A DNA stretch of 64,000 bases from an uncultured cyanobacterium (GTDB lineage Bacteria; Cyanobacteriota; Cyanobacteriia; Cyanobacteriales; CAWCAG01): contig CAWDOD010000011.1 in NCBI GenBank assembly GCA_963803805.1, positions 128,001 to 192,000 of the forward strand, written 5' to 3'. The notes beneath the pieces were generated by a model, which was not told the DNA's origin, did not search any database, and was given only the letters and a program-made list of their open reading frames with translations. The translations under genes were made by a program, and so were the position numbers. Below are positions 1 through 8,805 of the stretch, one piece after another (within the stretch, counting starts at the first letter, position 1; the number at the start of each line of letters is the position of its first letter).

Positions 1-1
1 T

Positions 2-736
2 CCCGTTAATCAAGAGGGGGAAGGGGTGAGAACTATTGCTAGTTGTGGTCAGTTGGTTTGCGAAACTCAAGTAGCTATTGTTAATCCTGATACGAAGAAG
101 CGCTGCGCCCCCGATGAGGTGGGGGAAATTTGGGTATCTGACAAGAGTGTTACCCAAGGTTATTGGGAACGCCCAGAGGCGACAGCAGAAAATTTTAATG
201 CTTACATTGCTGATAGCAACGAAGGGCCCTTTTTAAGGACGGGGGATTTAGGTTTTCTCCAAGAAGGGGAACTTTATATTAACGGTCGTATTAAAGATTT
301 AATTATTATCCACGGCACAAACCATTATCCCCAGGATATTGAGTGGACGGTACAACAACTACATCCCGAACTTCGCCCTGATTATGGTGCAGCCTTTTCT
401 ATCTTGGTGAGGGGGGAAGAAAAATTAGTGGTTGTTCAAGAAATAGAACGTCGTGCCAAAGAAATTGACCCCGAAGCAATGTTACCGGAAATTAAGCAAG
501 CGATCGCCGAAGAACATGAATTGCAAGTTCATGCTTTGGTGTTAGCAAAACCAGGAAACATTCTTAAAACCTCTAGCGGCAAAATCCAACGCCGCGCCTG
601 CAAAGCAAGTTTTTTGGCAGGGGAACTGGGAGTTATTGCTGACTGGAGTGAAAATCCCCAAATTACCGCGAAATTTCGTGACCTCGAAGGAGAAGTAGAA
701 TCTTTAGCCGCTAGCTTGAAAACCACTAAATCCTAG
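2..736 (+). CDS. Fatty acyl-AMP ligase (FAAL), C-terminal part; gene starts before the window
   Basis: Frame is open from the window edge. Motifs GEIWV, RTGDLGF, GRIKDLIIIHGTNHYPQDIE and KTSSGKIQRRAC are typical of FAAL-type adenylation enzymes. Confidence 0.88.
   Translation, partial: PVNQEGEGVRTIASCGQLVCETQVAIVNPDTKKRCAPDEVGEIWVSDKSVTQGYWERPEATAENFNAYIADSNEGPFLRTGDLGFLQEGELYINGRIKDLIIIHGTNHYPQDIEWTVQQLHPELRPDYGAAFSILVRGEEKLVVVQEIERRAKEIDPEAMLPEIKQAIAEEHELQVHALVLAKPGNILKTSSGKIQRRACKASFLAGELGVIADWSENPQITAKFRDLEGEVESLAASLKTTKS
500..507. repeat. HIP1 octamer GCGATCGC (representative; many copies across the window)
   Basis: Also at 1047, 5390, 6920 and many other sites. Highly iterated palindrome typical of cyanobacteria. 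Confidence 0.9.
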
Positions 737-767
737 TAGAAACATTCCGTCGGAACGTCTCTACTAG
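733..767. repeat. REP-like palindromic element between FAAL and ACAD
   Basis: ctagtagaaacattccgtcggaacgtctctactag is an imperfect palindrome of the GTAGAGACGTT...AACGTCTCTAC type. Confidence 0.65.
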
Positions 768-785
768 AAAAAGGAGAATATATTA

Positions 786-2594
786 ATGCATCCCTTAAAA
801 CAATATTGGGTCGCAGAAACCTTAGAAAAAGACTTAGGCGCACCCTCAAACCCTAACAGTAAAGTTTCTTGGCAACGTACTGCTGAGTTGGACGAAAAAG
901 AAGAGTTTCCCCAAGCAGAAATTGACTGGCTTTATAACCAGAAGTTGCAACATTACTACATTCCTAGTGAATGTGGCGGTGAATTCACCAACTTTGAAGA
1001 ATTTGTCGCTTTTGTGCGAGTTCTTTCTCGCCGGGATCAAAACGTAGCGATCGCCTTTACCACCATGTTTTGGTCTTATTTATGCTGGATGGCAGGAACC
1101 CCAGAACAGAAAAAGAAACTGGCTAGTCTCATGAAAGATGAGAACGAAACCATGTGTCTGGCTTATTCAGAAAAGGAACATGGTAGCGACTTAGTAGGGG
1201 GAGAAACCACAGCTACAAAGGTTCCTGGCGGTTACTTACTCAACGGGGAAAAATGGCCCATTAACCGCGCCACCCGTTCCGGTACAACTTTTGTAATTGC
1301 CCAAACCGACCCAGAAGGGGGAAGCAGAAGCCTTTCTCTATTCATGGTGGATAAGCGGGAATTAGACAAGTCTCAATATTACAACCTACCCAAAATTCCC
1401 TGCCACGGTATCAAAGCCGCAGATATGAGTGGTATTGGTTTCACAGATTGTTTCATCCCGGAGAGTACCCTGTTAGGGGAAGAAGGGCAAGGTTTAGAAT
1501 TAGGTCTAAAAGGCTTCCAAATCACCCGTACCCTCTGTGCTGCCTTTTCCCAAGGGGCCGCAGATACCACAGTGCGTACCACCTTGAAACTTGCTTTAAA
1601 TAGAATAGTTTATGGTAAAACAGTCTTTGACCTCCCTTTCCCCCGCCGCATCTTAGTAAACGCTTTCCTCGATATATTAATTTGCGATTGCGAAGTAATT
1701 GCCTCAGCTAGAGGTTTCAGTATCATTCCCCAACAATTTAGTGTTTGGGCTTCGGTGGTTAAATATTTCGTTCCCATTACCTTAGAAAATATGATTAACG
1801 GCCTTTCTTCGGTATTAGGGGCGCGTTTCTATTTTCGGGATGAACACGACTCTGGAGTTTTCCAAAAAATGCTCCGGGATAACTCTATTATTAGCATTTT
1901 TGATGGTAGTGGCTTGGTTAACCTCCATGCCTTAATTTTACAATTTCGTCAAATTGCTAAACACCGTAGCCGCCTTAACGAAAAGAAGAAACAAGCCTTG
2001 GCATCCCGTCTGGAGAAAATCTTCACCCTTAACCAAGAAGTTCCCCACTTTGACGGCAGCAAACTAGAAATTTTTGGTCGTGGTGCAGATGATGCCATGC
2101 AGGGTTTAGAACTATCCCTGGCTAAGTTAAAGGAGTTGAAAAATAATCCTGATGTTAGCCAACAGGTACTTAAGTATATCCTCCAACTGAGCAATAAACT
2201 AAGTGCAGAAGTCAACCAGATGCACGAAAATTTTGCTAACTCAAGCTTTGAATTTGGTCATGATCAAACTCCGGAGTCCTTTGAATTAGCCAAAAAGTAC
2301 TGTGCTTTACACGCTGCTAGTTGTTGCATCCATATGTGGGTTTATAACCGCACCAACTTAGAACCATTCTTTGCCCAAGGAGAATGGTTAGTTTTAGCCC
2401 TTAACAAGCTACTAAAACCCTATCATCCTAACGAAGAGTTGATTTTGCCGGATTATGGAGAAAACTTAGCTCAAGAACTAGTTAAACTTTATAACCAAGA
2501 CAAACTCTTTTCCATTGTTCCTTTCCAATTAGCACAAACCCAATCTCAGGAGAATAAAAAAGATGCAAGTTCAGAACTACAACTCCAAGCCTAG
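786..2594 (+). CDS. Acyl-CoA/acyl-ACP dehydrogenase
   Basis: CLAYSEKEHGSDL, LNGEKWPINRA, GEEGQGLE and SIFDGS motifs of the ACAD family. Lies between FAAL and ACP. AAGGAG RBS upstream. Confidence 0.9.
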   Translation: MHPLKQYWVAETLEKDLGAPSNPNSKVSWQRTAELDEKEEFPQAEIDWLYNQKLQHYYIPSECGGEFTNFEEFVAFVRVLSRRDQNVAIAFTTMFWSYLCWMAGTPEQKKKLASLMKDENETMCLAYSEKEHGSDLVGGETTATKVPGGYLLNGEKWPINRATRSGTTFVIAQTDPEGGSRSLSLFMVDKRELDKSQYYNLPKIPCHGIKAADMSGIGFTDCFIPESTLLGEEGQGLELGLKGFQITRTLCAAFSQGAADTTVRTTLKLALNRIVYGKTVFDLPFPRRILVNAFLDILICDCEVIASARGFSIIPQQFSVWASVVKYFVPITLENMINGLSSVLGARFYFRDEHDSGVFQKMLRDNSIISIFDGSGLVNLHALILQFRQIAKHRSRLNEKKKQALASRLEKIFTLNQEVPHFDGSKLEIFGRGADDAMQGLELSLAKLKELKNNPDVSQQVLKYILQLSNKLSAEVNQMHENFANSSFEFGHDQTPESFELAKKYCALHAASCCIHMWVYNRTNLEPFFAQGEWLVLALNKLLKPYHPNEELILPDYGENLAQELVKLYNQDKLFSIVPFQLAQTQSQENKKDASSELQLQA

Positions 2595-2880
2595 TGAACA
2601 AGCTACAGGGGAGAATTCCCCCACAGAAGCGATTCAAAGCTGGTTAGTGGCGCAATTAGCCGAGGAATTATCCTTAGACCCCAACTCTATTAAAGTTAGC
2701 GAACCCTTGACCCGTTATGGTTTAGACTCAATTGATGCTGTAACTTTGGTGGGTGATTTAGAAGACTGGTTAGATTTAGAGTTACCTTCTACTTTATTCT
2801 GGGATCACCCCACGATCGAAAAATCTGCCCAGTTTCTCGTTTCTGAGTTTGATGTGGCAGAAGCGTTGGAAGAGGCCTAA
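2563..2880 (+). CDS. Acyl carrier protein (stand-alone, pathway-dedicated)
   Basis: YGLDSIDAV phosphopantetheine-Ser motif and LFWDHPTI. Overlaps the ACAD stop region. Confidence 0.92.
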   Translation: MQVQNYNSKPSEQATGENSPTEAIQSWLVAQLAEELSLDPNSIKVSEPLTRYGLDSIDAVTLVGDLEDWLDLELPSTLFWDHPTIEKSAQFLVSEFDVAEALEEA

Positions 2881-2992
2881 GTTATCTCATCTAAGTTATG
2901 CCCTTTTGGGGAGATGGGGAGATGGGGAAACAAGATAATATCTTTTGCCCTTTACCCTTTATCTGTAAAACCCTGTTCCCCCTTCCTTCTAA

Positions 2993-3029
2993 CCACTAGC
3001 CACTAGCCACTAGCCATTAGCAATTAGCA
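2993..3029. repeat. Heptamer tandem repeat (CCACTAG/CCATTAG), STRR-like
   Basis: ccactagccactagccactagccattagcaattagca. Related runs at 5444-5488, 6815-6850 and about 45022-45043. Confidence 0.8.
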
Positions 3030-3039
3030 TCAAAATAAA

Positions 3040-4515
3040 TTGAACTTTTCAGACTTTTCATTTTGGTGGGTGCTGCTACTCTACAGCATTCCGTTTTTAA
3101 TCATTCGCACTATTGGCAAGTCCATTAACCGTTGGTTGCCGGAATTTGACCGCATTGGTTTAATGGTCTTGTCTTTGACGTTGTTTTTAAATGCTTCTTT
3201 TAAAAGCTTCGCTGTCTTCCTGTTTGAGATTATTTTTAATTACTTAATGGTGCGGTTAATGCTGCGCCAAAAAGGAACTTCAGCCAAACTGTTGGCCACT
3301 TTGGTGATTGTTTTTGATATTGCTATTTTGGCTTATTTTAAATATTTAACTTTTTTTGTTGAAGATGTAATCGGTTTAGGCATACCTGGTGGCATCTCAG
3401 AAAATTGGCAAGCAGGCTTTCCTTTACCCGTATTTAATCAAATTCCCCCTGGAGTTTCCTTCTATACCTTCCAAATGGTATCTTTTGTGGTGGAATCCCT
3501 GAAGCAAACCAAAAGGAAACGCCAGCCTAAACCCATTGCTTTTATTGATTACGTTAACTTTGTGGCCTTTTTTCCTCAAATTGTTGCTGGTCCTATTGAA
3601 CGGCGTTCAGATTTATTTCCCCAACTCCAAAAATTTGAATTTCAATTTAAGGCAGATAATATTGAAGCGGGACTGCGTTGGTTTTCCCTAGGACTATTTA
3701 TGAAAATGGTTCTGGCGGATAATCTTTTCCCTTTCATTGATATAGAACAAGCAACCAATCCTTGGTTAGTGTGGTTGTATGCTTTCCTCTTTACCCTGAG
3801 AATTTACTTTGATTTTGCCGGTTATAGTTTCATGGCTTTGGGTATTGCTAGGACTATGGGGGTACAACTAACTATCAACTTTCTCTCTCCCTATACTTCC
3901 ACCAGTATTCAAGAATTTTGGCGACGGTGGCATATCACCTTAAGTACTTGGTTTCGGGATTATGTCTTTATTCCTTTGATGGGGACTAACAAAAAGTGGG
4001 CCACTTCCTATCTTTTCATAACCTTCACCCTGTCTGGTTTCTGGCACGGTGCAGCTTGGAATTTTATTATTTGGGGAGCATACCACGGGGCTTTATTGCT
4101 TCTGTTGCGTTATGCTGGGCGGCCTTTCCAACGCTTGGTGGGGCAACCTGGCGGAGGTTCGCAGTTTTTCTCTTGGGCTTTAACTTTTGGGTCAGTAATT
4201 TTGGGTTGCTTATTCTTTATGGAAACGAATATTAGCCGCTTAGTTACCAAACTACAAACTATTATTAATCCCACAGCTTATTCCTGGGGTAACTTAACTG
4301 GGGCTTTTAGCGATTTTACCGTTAATGAAATAGCTGCTCTTAGTTTAACCTTGGGGCTAAGTTTGGGTTGGTTACTAATTGAACATATTGAAGTTTGGCA
4401 AAAACGCCCCGAATACGAACTACTCCGAAACCCTTGGGTATCCCCTTTGCTGCTAGGTTTAACCTTTTTATTAGCAGCTAATCAACCTTCTGAATTTATT
4501 TACTTTGAATTCTAA
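3040..4515 (+). CDS. MBOAT family O-acyltransferase (AlgI/DltB-like)
   Basis: GVSFYTFQ, FFPQIVAGPIER, IYFDFAGYS, EFWRRWHITLSTWFRDY and catalytic GFWHGA motifs. C-terminal FIYFEF. TTG start. Confidence 0.95.
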   Translation: MNFSDFSFWWVLLLYSIPFLIIRTIGKSINRWLPEFDRIGLMVLSLTLFLNASFKSFAVFLFEIIFNYLMVRLMLRQKGTSAKLLATLVIVFDIAILAYFKYLTFFVEDVIGLGIPGGISENWQAGFPLPVFNQIPPGVSFYTFQMVSFVVESLKQTKRKRQPKPIAFIDYVNFVAFFPQIVAGPIERRSDLFPQLQKFEFQFKADNIEAGLRWFSLGLFMKMVLADNLFPFIDIEQATNPWLVWLYAFLFTLRIYFDFAGYSFMALGIARTMGVQLTINFLSPYTSTSIQEFWRRWHITLSTWFRDYVFIPLMGTNKKWATSYLFITFTLSGFWHGAAWNFIIWGAYHGALLLLLRYAGRPFQRLVGQPGGGSQFFSWALTFGSVILGCLFFMETNISRLVTKLQTIINPTAYSWGNLTGAFSDFTVNEIAALSLTLGLSLGWLLIEHIEVWQKRPEYELLRNPWVSPLLLGLTFLLAANQPSEFIYFEF

Positions 4516-5444
4516 TGTCGAAACCTTTAAACCTACTGAAATGGTTCGCTGCGGCTGGTTTAGCTTGGGGTCTTGGTTGCGTTTATAACGTTTACTATGG
4601 CGGCGAGTTAAGTTGGTTGCGGATTATGTATCAAGAGAAAGTCGCCTTAGCCAAAAAGATCGAAGCCCCAAGAAGATTAATTATTACCGGGGGTTCAGGG
4701 GCCCATTACACAATTAATTCTGAGTTGTTGGAAAAAGAGTTAGGCATACCTGTAATTAACCTGGGTATAGATGGTCCTGTGGGATTAGATGTAATTCTAC
4801 CCAGTGTTCTTAAGCAAGTGCAACCAGGGGATGTCGTCCTATTAATTCCTGAATATTTAGTTCTCCTCGATGAAGATGGTTTAGGGGAACGTTCCGGCCC
4901 TTTTGTTTTGGCTACCGGACAGGTTGGTATAGGAGATATTCCCCCGAAACAGTTGGCCCAGGATATTTGGATGTTAGGCATTCCTAGCTTAAGGGCCTTG
5001 ACAAAATCAACTTTTGACCTCTTCCAAGAAGGTAGATTGACAGGTTACTATTCTGACCCCATTACCGAACGAGGAGATCCCACAGTAATTAAAGAAAGGA
5101 CAGGGGAATGGTGGAAATTAAAAATTCAAGACCCCATCTCACCCCACTCTGTTAAACGCATCAAAAAGTTTCGCGAAGAATTAGAAGCTAAGGAGGCAAA
5201 TTTAGTTATTTCTTTGCCTTGGGTTTATGCGGAAAAAGACAAAAATACTCTCAAAAATGTCAAAAAAACTGCCCAAGAAATGGAGAAAATTGCCCCTCTA
5301 ATTTATGATCCCAAAAATTACAATATCCAAAGCGATTCGGATCTCTTCGCCGACACCCACTACCATCTCAAATTAGATTCCATGAAAATGCGATCGCGCC
5401 AAATTGCTGAAGAAATTGAACCGATTTTGGAAGAATTAGAGTGA
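4515..5444 (+). CDS. Membrane-anchored DltD/SGNH-like protein (MBOAT partner)
   Basis: N-terminal TM, IITGGSGAHY (putative nucleophile Ser), NLG block and C-terminal FADTHYHL. Translationally coupled to the MBOAT (TAATG overlap). Confidence 0.6.
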   Translation: MSKPLNLLKWFAAAGLAWGLGCVYNVYYGGELSWLRIMYQEKVALAKKIEAPRRLIITGGSGAHYTINSELLEKELGIPVINLGIDGPVGLDVILPSVLKQVQPGDVVLLIPEYLVLLDEDGLGERSGPFVLATGQVGIGDIPPKQLAQDIWMLGIPSLRALTKSTFDLFQEGRLTGYYSDPITERGDPTVIKERTGEWWKLKIQDPISPHSVKRIKKFREELEAKEANLVISLPWVYAEKDKNTLKNVKKTAQEMEKIAPLIYDPKNYNIQSDSDLFADTHYHLKLDSMKMRSRQIAEEIEPILEELE

Positions 5445-5571
5445 TTGTTAATTGTTAATTGCTATTGGCTAATGGCTAATGGCTAGTTGCTGGTTGTCAG
5501 AGGGAACAGAGAAGAGAATAGGCAATAGTATTGTTCTTTACTTATTACCCATCACCTTCCTTGAAAAGTAA

Positions 5572-6771
5572 ATGTCAGATCAAACCAATCTTCCTAATAC
5601 AACAACTCCTATCAAAATCTGCATCCTGGGAGGTGGTTTTGGTGGGCTTTATACGGCTTTATATTTGCAGTCTTTTAAAGGGATTAATTCTTCTCGCTAT
5701 CAAGTTACGTTAGTTGATCAAAATGACCATCTTCTCTTTACTCCCTTGCTTTATGAAGTGATTACTGATGAGTTACAAACTTGGGAAATTGCCCCTACTT
5801 ATAAAAAGTTGTTGAATCATACAAAGGTAAGAATTATTCAGGATCGAGTTGTTGCTTTAGATTTAGAAAGTCGTTCAGTAAAACTACAACAAGGACAACT
5901 TACCTATGATTATTTAGTTCTTGCTTTAGGGAATAAGAATCGTTTTGCAGGAGTTCCGGGGGCGAAAGAACATAGTTTAACTTTCCGTAGCTTAAAAGAT
6001 ACTTTACGTTTGAAAGAAAGGCTTGGGGAATTGGCAAAATCGGCAAGGGAAACTATTCATGTAGTAATTATTGGTGGTGGCCCGAGTGGAGTAGAATTAG
6101 GGACAAAAATAGCTGACTTTTTGGGTAGAAGGGGAGAGATACGCTTAATAGAAAGGGGGACTCAAATTCTCAAAGCTTATACCCCAGCAACCCAACGTAG
6201 CGGTAAGGAAGCTTTGGAAAAAAGAGGAGTGAGGATAAGTTTTGAAACTAGTGTTGAGAGGGTTGAACCGGATCAAGTTACTTTAATCCAAAAAGGAGAA
6301 ACTTTTGCTATTCCGGTAGATTTAGTGTTGTGGAGTGCAGGTACAAAAACTCAGGAATTAATTGCTAATTTAACTTGCCAACATAATGAACAAGGACAAG
6401 TAATTACTTTACCTACTCTACAAATCCCCGAATATCCTGAAGTACTTGCTTTAGGAGATTTAGCAGAAGTTAAAAACCCTAATGGTAAATTAGTCCCCGC
6501 AACGGCACAAGCCGCTTATCAACAAGCAAGTCAAGCAGCTAAAAATTTGAGGGCTAGTTTGGCAAATAAACCTTTAAAACGCTTTCGTTATTTGCATTTA
6601 GGAGAAATGATTACTTTAGGGGTTAATGATGCAGCAGTTTCAAGTTTCGGTATCAATTTAAAAGGTTCCCTAGCTGCTTTGGTAAGAAGAATTGTTTATC
6701 TTCAACGCTTACCAACTTTTTCTCATCGTTGGAAAGTTCTTAAGGGCTGGTTGGGGCTAAGTAATAAGTAA
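5572..6771 (+). CDS. Type II NAD(P)H:quinone oxidoreductase, NdbB-like flavoprotein
   Basis: ICILGGGFGGLYTAL, PLLYE...QTWEIAP, second Rossmann GGGPSGVE, ALGD and PATAQAAYQQA motifs. Confidence 0.88.
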   Translation: MSDQTNLPNTTTPIKICILGGGFGGLYTALYLQSFKGINSSRYQVTLVDQNDHLLFTPLLYEVITDELQTWEIAPTYKKLLNHTKVRIIQDRVVALDLESRSVKLQQGQLTYDYLVLALGNKNRFAGVPGAKEHSLTFRSLKDTLRLKERLGELAKSARETIHVVIIGGGPSGVELGTKIADFLGRRGEIRLIERGTQILKAYTPATQRSGKEALEKRGVRISFETSVERVEPDQVTLIQKGETFAIPVDLVLWSAGTKTQELIANLTCQHNEQGQVITLPTLQIPEYPEVLALGDLAEVKNPNGKLVPATAQAAYQQASQAAKNLRASLANKPLKRFRYLHLGEMITLGVNDAAVSSFGINLKGSLAALVRRIVYLQRLPTFSHRWKVLKGWLGLSNK

Positions 6772-6857
6772 TAAGTAAAGGGAATAATGATTTATGTCAG
6801 CAGTTAGATATTAACAACTAGCCATTAGCAACTAGCCATTAGCCATTAGCAAAAACT

Positions 6858-8744
6858 ATGAAAGAAAAACCTAAAAATATCTGGGCATCTAAATTTTCAC
6901 AAGTATTTGGTTTCGACTTGCGATCGCTGGCTGCTTTTCGTGTTGGTTTGGCATTAGTTATTTTAGCAGATTTGTTTACCCGTTTAGGGGATTTAACTGC
7001 CCATTATACCGATTTAGGTGTTTTACCTCGTTCTGCTTTGGAAGGGGGCATTCTTAAGCCTTGGTATTGGTCAATTCATTTGATTAGTGGGCAACCTGTA
7101 GTACAGTTTCTGATATTTTTAACCGCTATTTTAGTTACTTTGTGCCTATTAGTTGGTTATCGTACTAGGTTAGCTACTATTGCTTGTTGGGCTTTAATTG
7201 TTTCTATGCACAACCGCAATCCTGCCTTGATTTTTGCTGCGGATGATGTGTTGCGGGCTATTTTATTTTGGGCGATGTTTCTACCTTTAGGATCAGCCTA
7301 TTCATTAGATAGTGCTTTTAATAATTCCCCGAAACCTTTACCGAAACGAGTGGTTTCTGGGGCAACTATTGCTTTATTGGTACAACAATGTTTTATTTAT
7401 ATTTTTTCTGCTGCTTTTAAAACCCAAAGTCCTACTTGGTTCCCCGATTATACCGCAGTTTATTATGCCTTGAGTTTTGATCAATATGTCACTCATATAG
7501 GACGTTTTTTACTTAATTTTCCTCCCTTGTTATCCATATCTACAGCTATTACTTTAGTTTTAGAGTGGATTGGGCCATTGTTTTTATTAATACCAAATAA
7601 CCTGGTTCGTTTATTCACCGTACTAACTTTTATTGGCTTACACGCTGGCTTTGGTTTAACTTTAAATATTGGCATTTTTCCTTTCCTGAGTATTGCTACT
7701 TGGTTAGTATTTTTGCCTTCTTCTTTTTGGGATGGTTTAGCCAGGAAGTTTGCAACTCAGGAAAGGCAGGGTTTGCGAATTTATTATGATGCTGATTGCG
7801 GTTTTTGTAAGAAAGTAGTTTATATTCTGCGTACCCTCCTTATCTTGCCGGGAACACCCCTTTTATTGGCACAGGATGACCAGTCTATTTATGAAGATAT
7901 GCAGAGAATTAATTCTTGGGTTGTGGTGGATGCTAAGGGAAATCGCTATTATAAATTTGGTGCTATTGCCTATGTAGTTAGTATTTCTCCTATCTTTTTT
8001 CCTTTAGCCAAAATTTTACGCTGGCAACCGATTATGAAGGTAGGAAATAGGTTCTATGAAACCATTGCTAATAATCGCCGCAAAGCAGGATTTTTTACCA
8101 AACCTTTTAAGTTTCGCCCCCTTACAGTTCGTCCTTCTTTACTCCTTAATATTGTTACCTCTCTACTATTGATTTTAACCTTTCTTTGGAATCTACGCAG
8201 CTTTACCAACCATTTTGCTTTCCTCGATAATAAAAGCAAAACTTTTACAGCTTTGCGACGAGTTACTAATAGCAGAACCCTACAAAGAATCGATCCTTTA
8301 AGTCGTATCAGCAGATTAGACCAATCCTGGAGTATTTTTGCTCCTAGTCCCCCGAAAGATGATGGTTGGCACGTCATGCCAGGGAAACTTAAAAATGGGG
8401 AAGAGGTAGATGTTTTTCAAAATGGTGATCCAATAAATTGGAAAAAACCAACCTTAAATAAGCGCAATTCCCTCTATAAAAATATGCAATGGCGTACTTA
8501 TTTTATCAACCTTAATCGTAATATTGGTAAGAAGCTTTACCCTCACTACGGTAAGTATGTTTGTCAAAACTGGAATCAACACCATCAAGGAGAGGAAGTA
8601 TTAGAGAGTTTTGAAGTTTATTTCGTGGCAGAAGAAACAGCCGAACCAGGAAAAAAACAGAATCTAGAACGTAAAAAAGTCGGCGAATATTCTTGTTCGC
8701 AGCAAGATAAGGAAGTAAGGAAAGAAGGGCAAGAATCGGAGTAA
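6858..8744 (+). CDS. HTTM-domain membrane protein with inserted DCC1/DUF393 thiol-disulfide oxidoreductase domain
   Basis: DLRSLAAFR, LLVGYRTR, HNRNP, FLPLG..YSLD and IYIFSAAFK motifs. Internal YYDADCGFC (DxxCxxC). C-terminal DQSWSIFAP. Confidence 0.8.
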   Translation: MKEKPKNIWASKFSQVFGFDLRSLAAFRVGLALVILADLFTRLGDLTAHYTDLGVLPRSALEGGILKPWYWSIHLISGQPVVQFLIFLTAILVTLCLLVGYRTRLATIACWALIVSMHNRNPALIFAADDVLRAILFWAMFLPLGSAYSLDSAFNNSPKPLPKRVVSGATIALLVQQCFIYIFSAAFKTQSPTWFPDYTAVYYALSFDQYVTHIGRFLLNFPPLLSISTAITLVLEWIGPLFLLIPNNLVRLFTVLTFIGLHAGFGLTLNIGIFPFLSIATWLVFLPSSFWDGLARKFATQERQGLRIYYDADCGFCKKVVYILRTLLILPGTPLLLAQDDQSIYEDMQRINSWVVVDAKGNRYYKFGAIAYVVSISPIFFPLAKILRWQPIMKVGNRFYETIANNRRKAGFFTKPFKFRPLTVRPSLLLNIVTSLLLILTFLWNLRSFTNHFAFLDNKSKTFTALRRVTNSRTLQRIDPLSRISRLDQSWSIFAPSPPKDDGWHVMPGKLKNGEEVDVFQNGDPINWKKPTLNKRNSLYKNMQWRTYFINLNRNIGKKLYPHYGKYVCQNWNQHHQGEEVLESFEVYFVAEETAEPGKKQNLERKKVGEYSCSQQDKEVRKEGQESE

Positions 8745-8805
8745 GAGATTAATGGTTTGACAAGCAAAAATCGTTTATTACCTATTACCTATTACCTAAT
8801 CAGCC

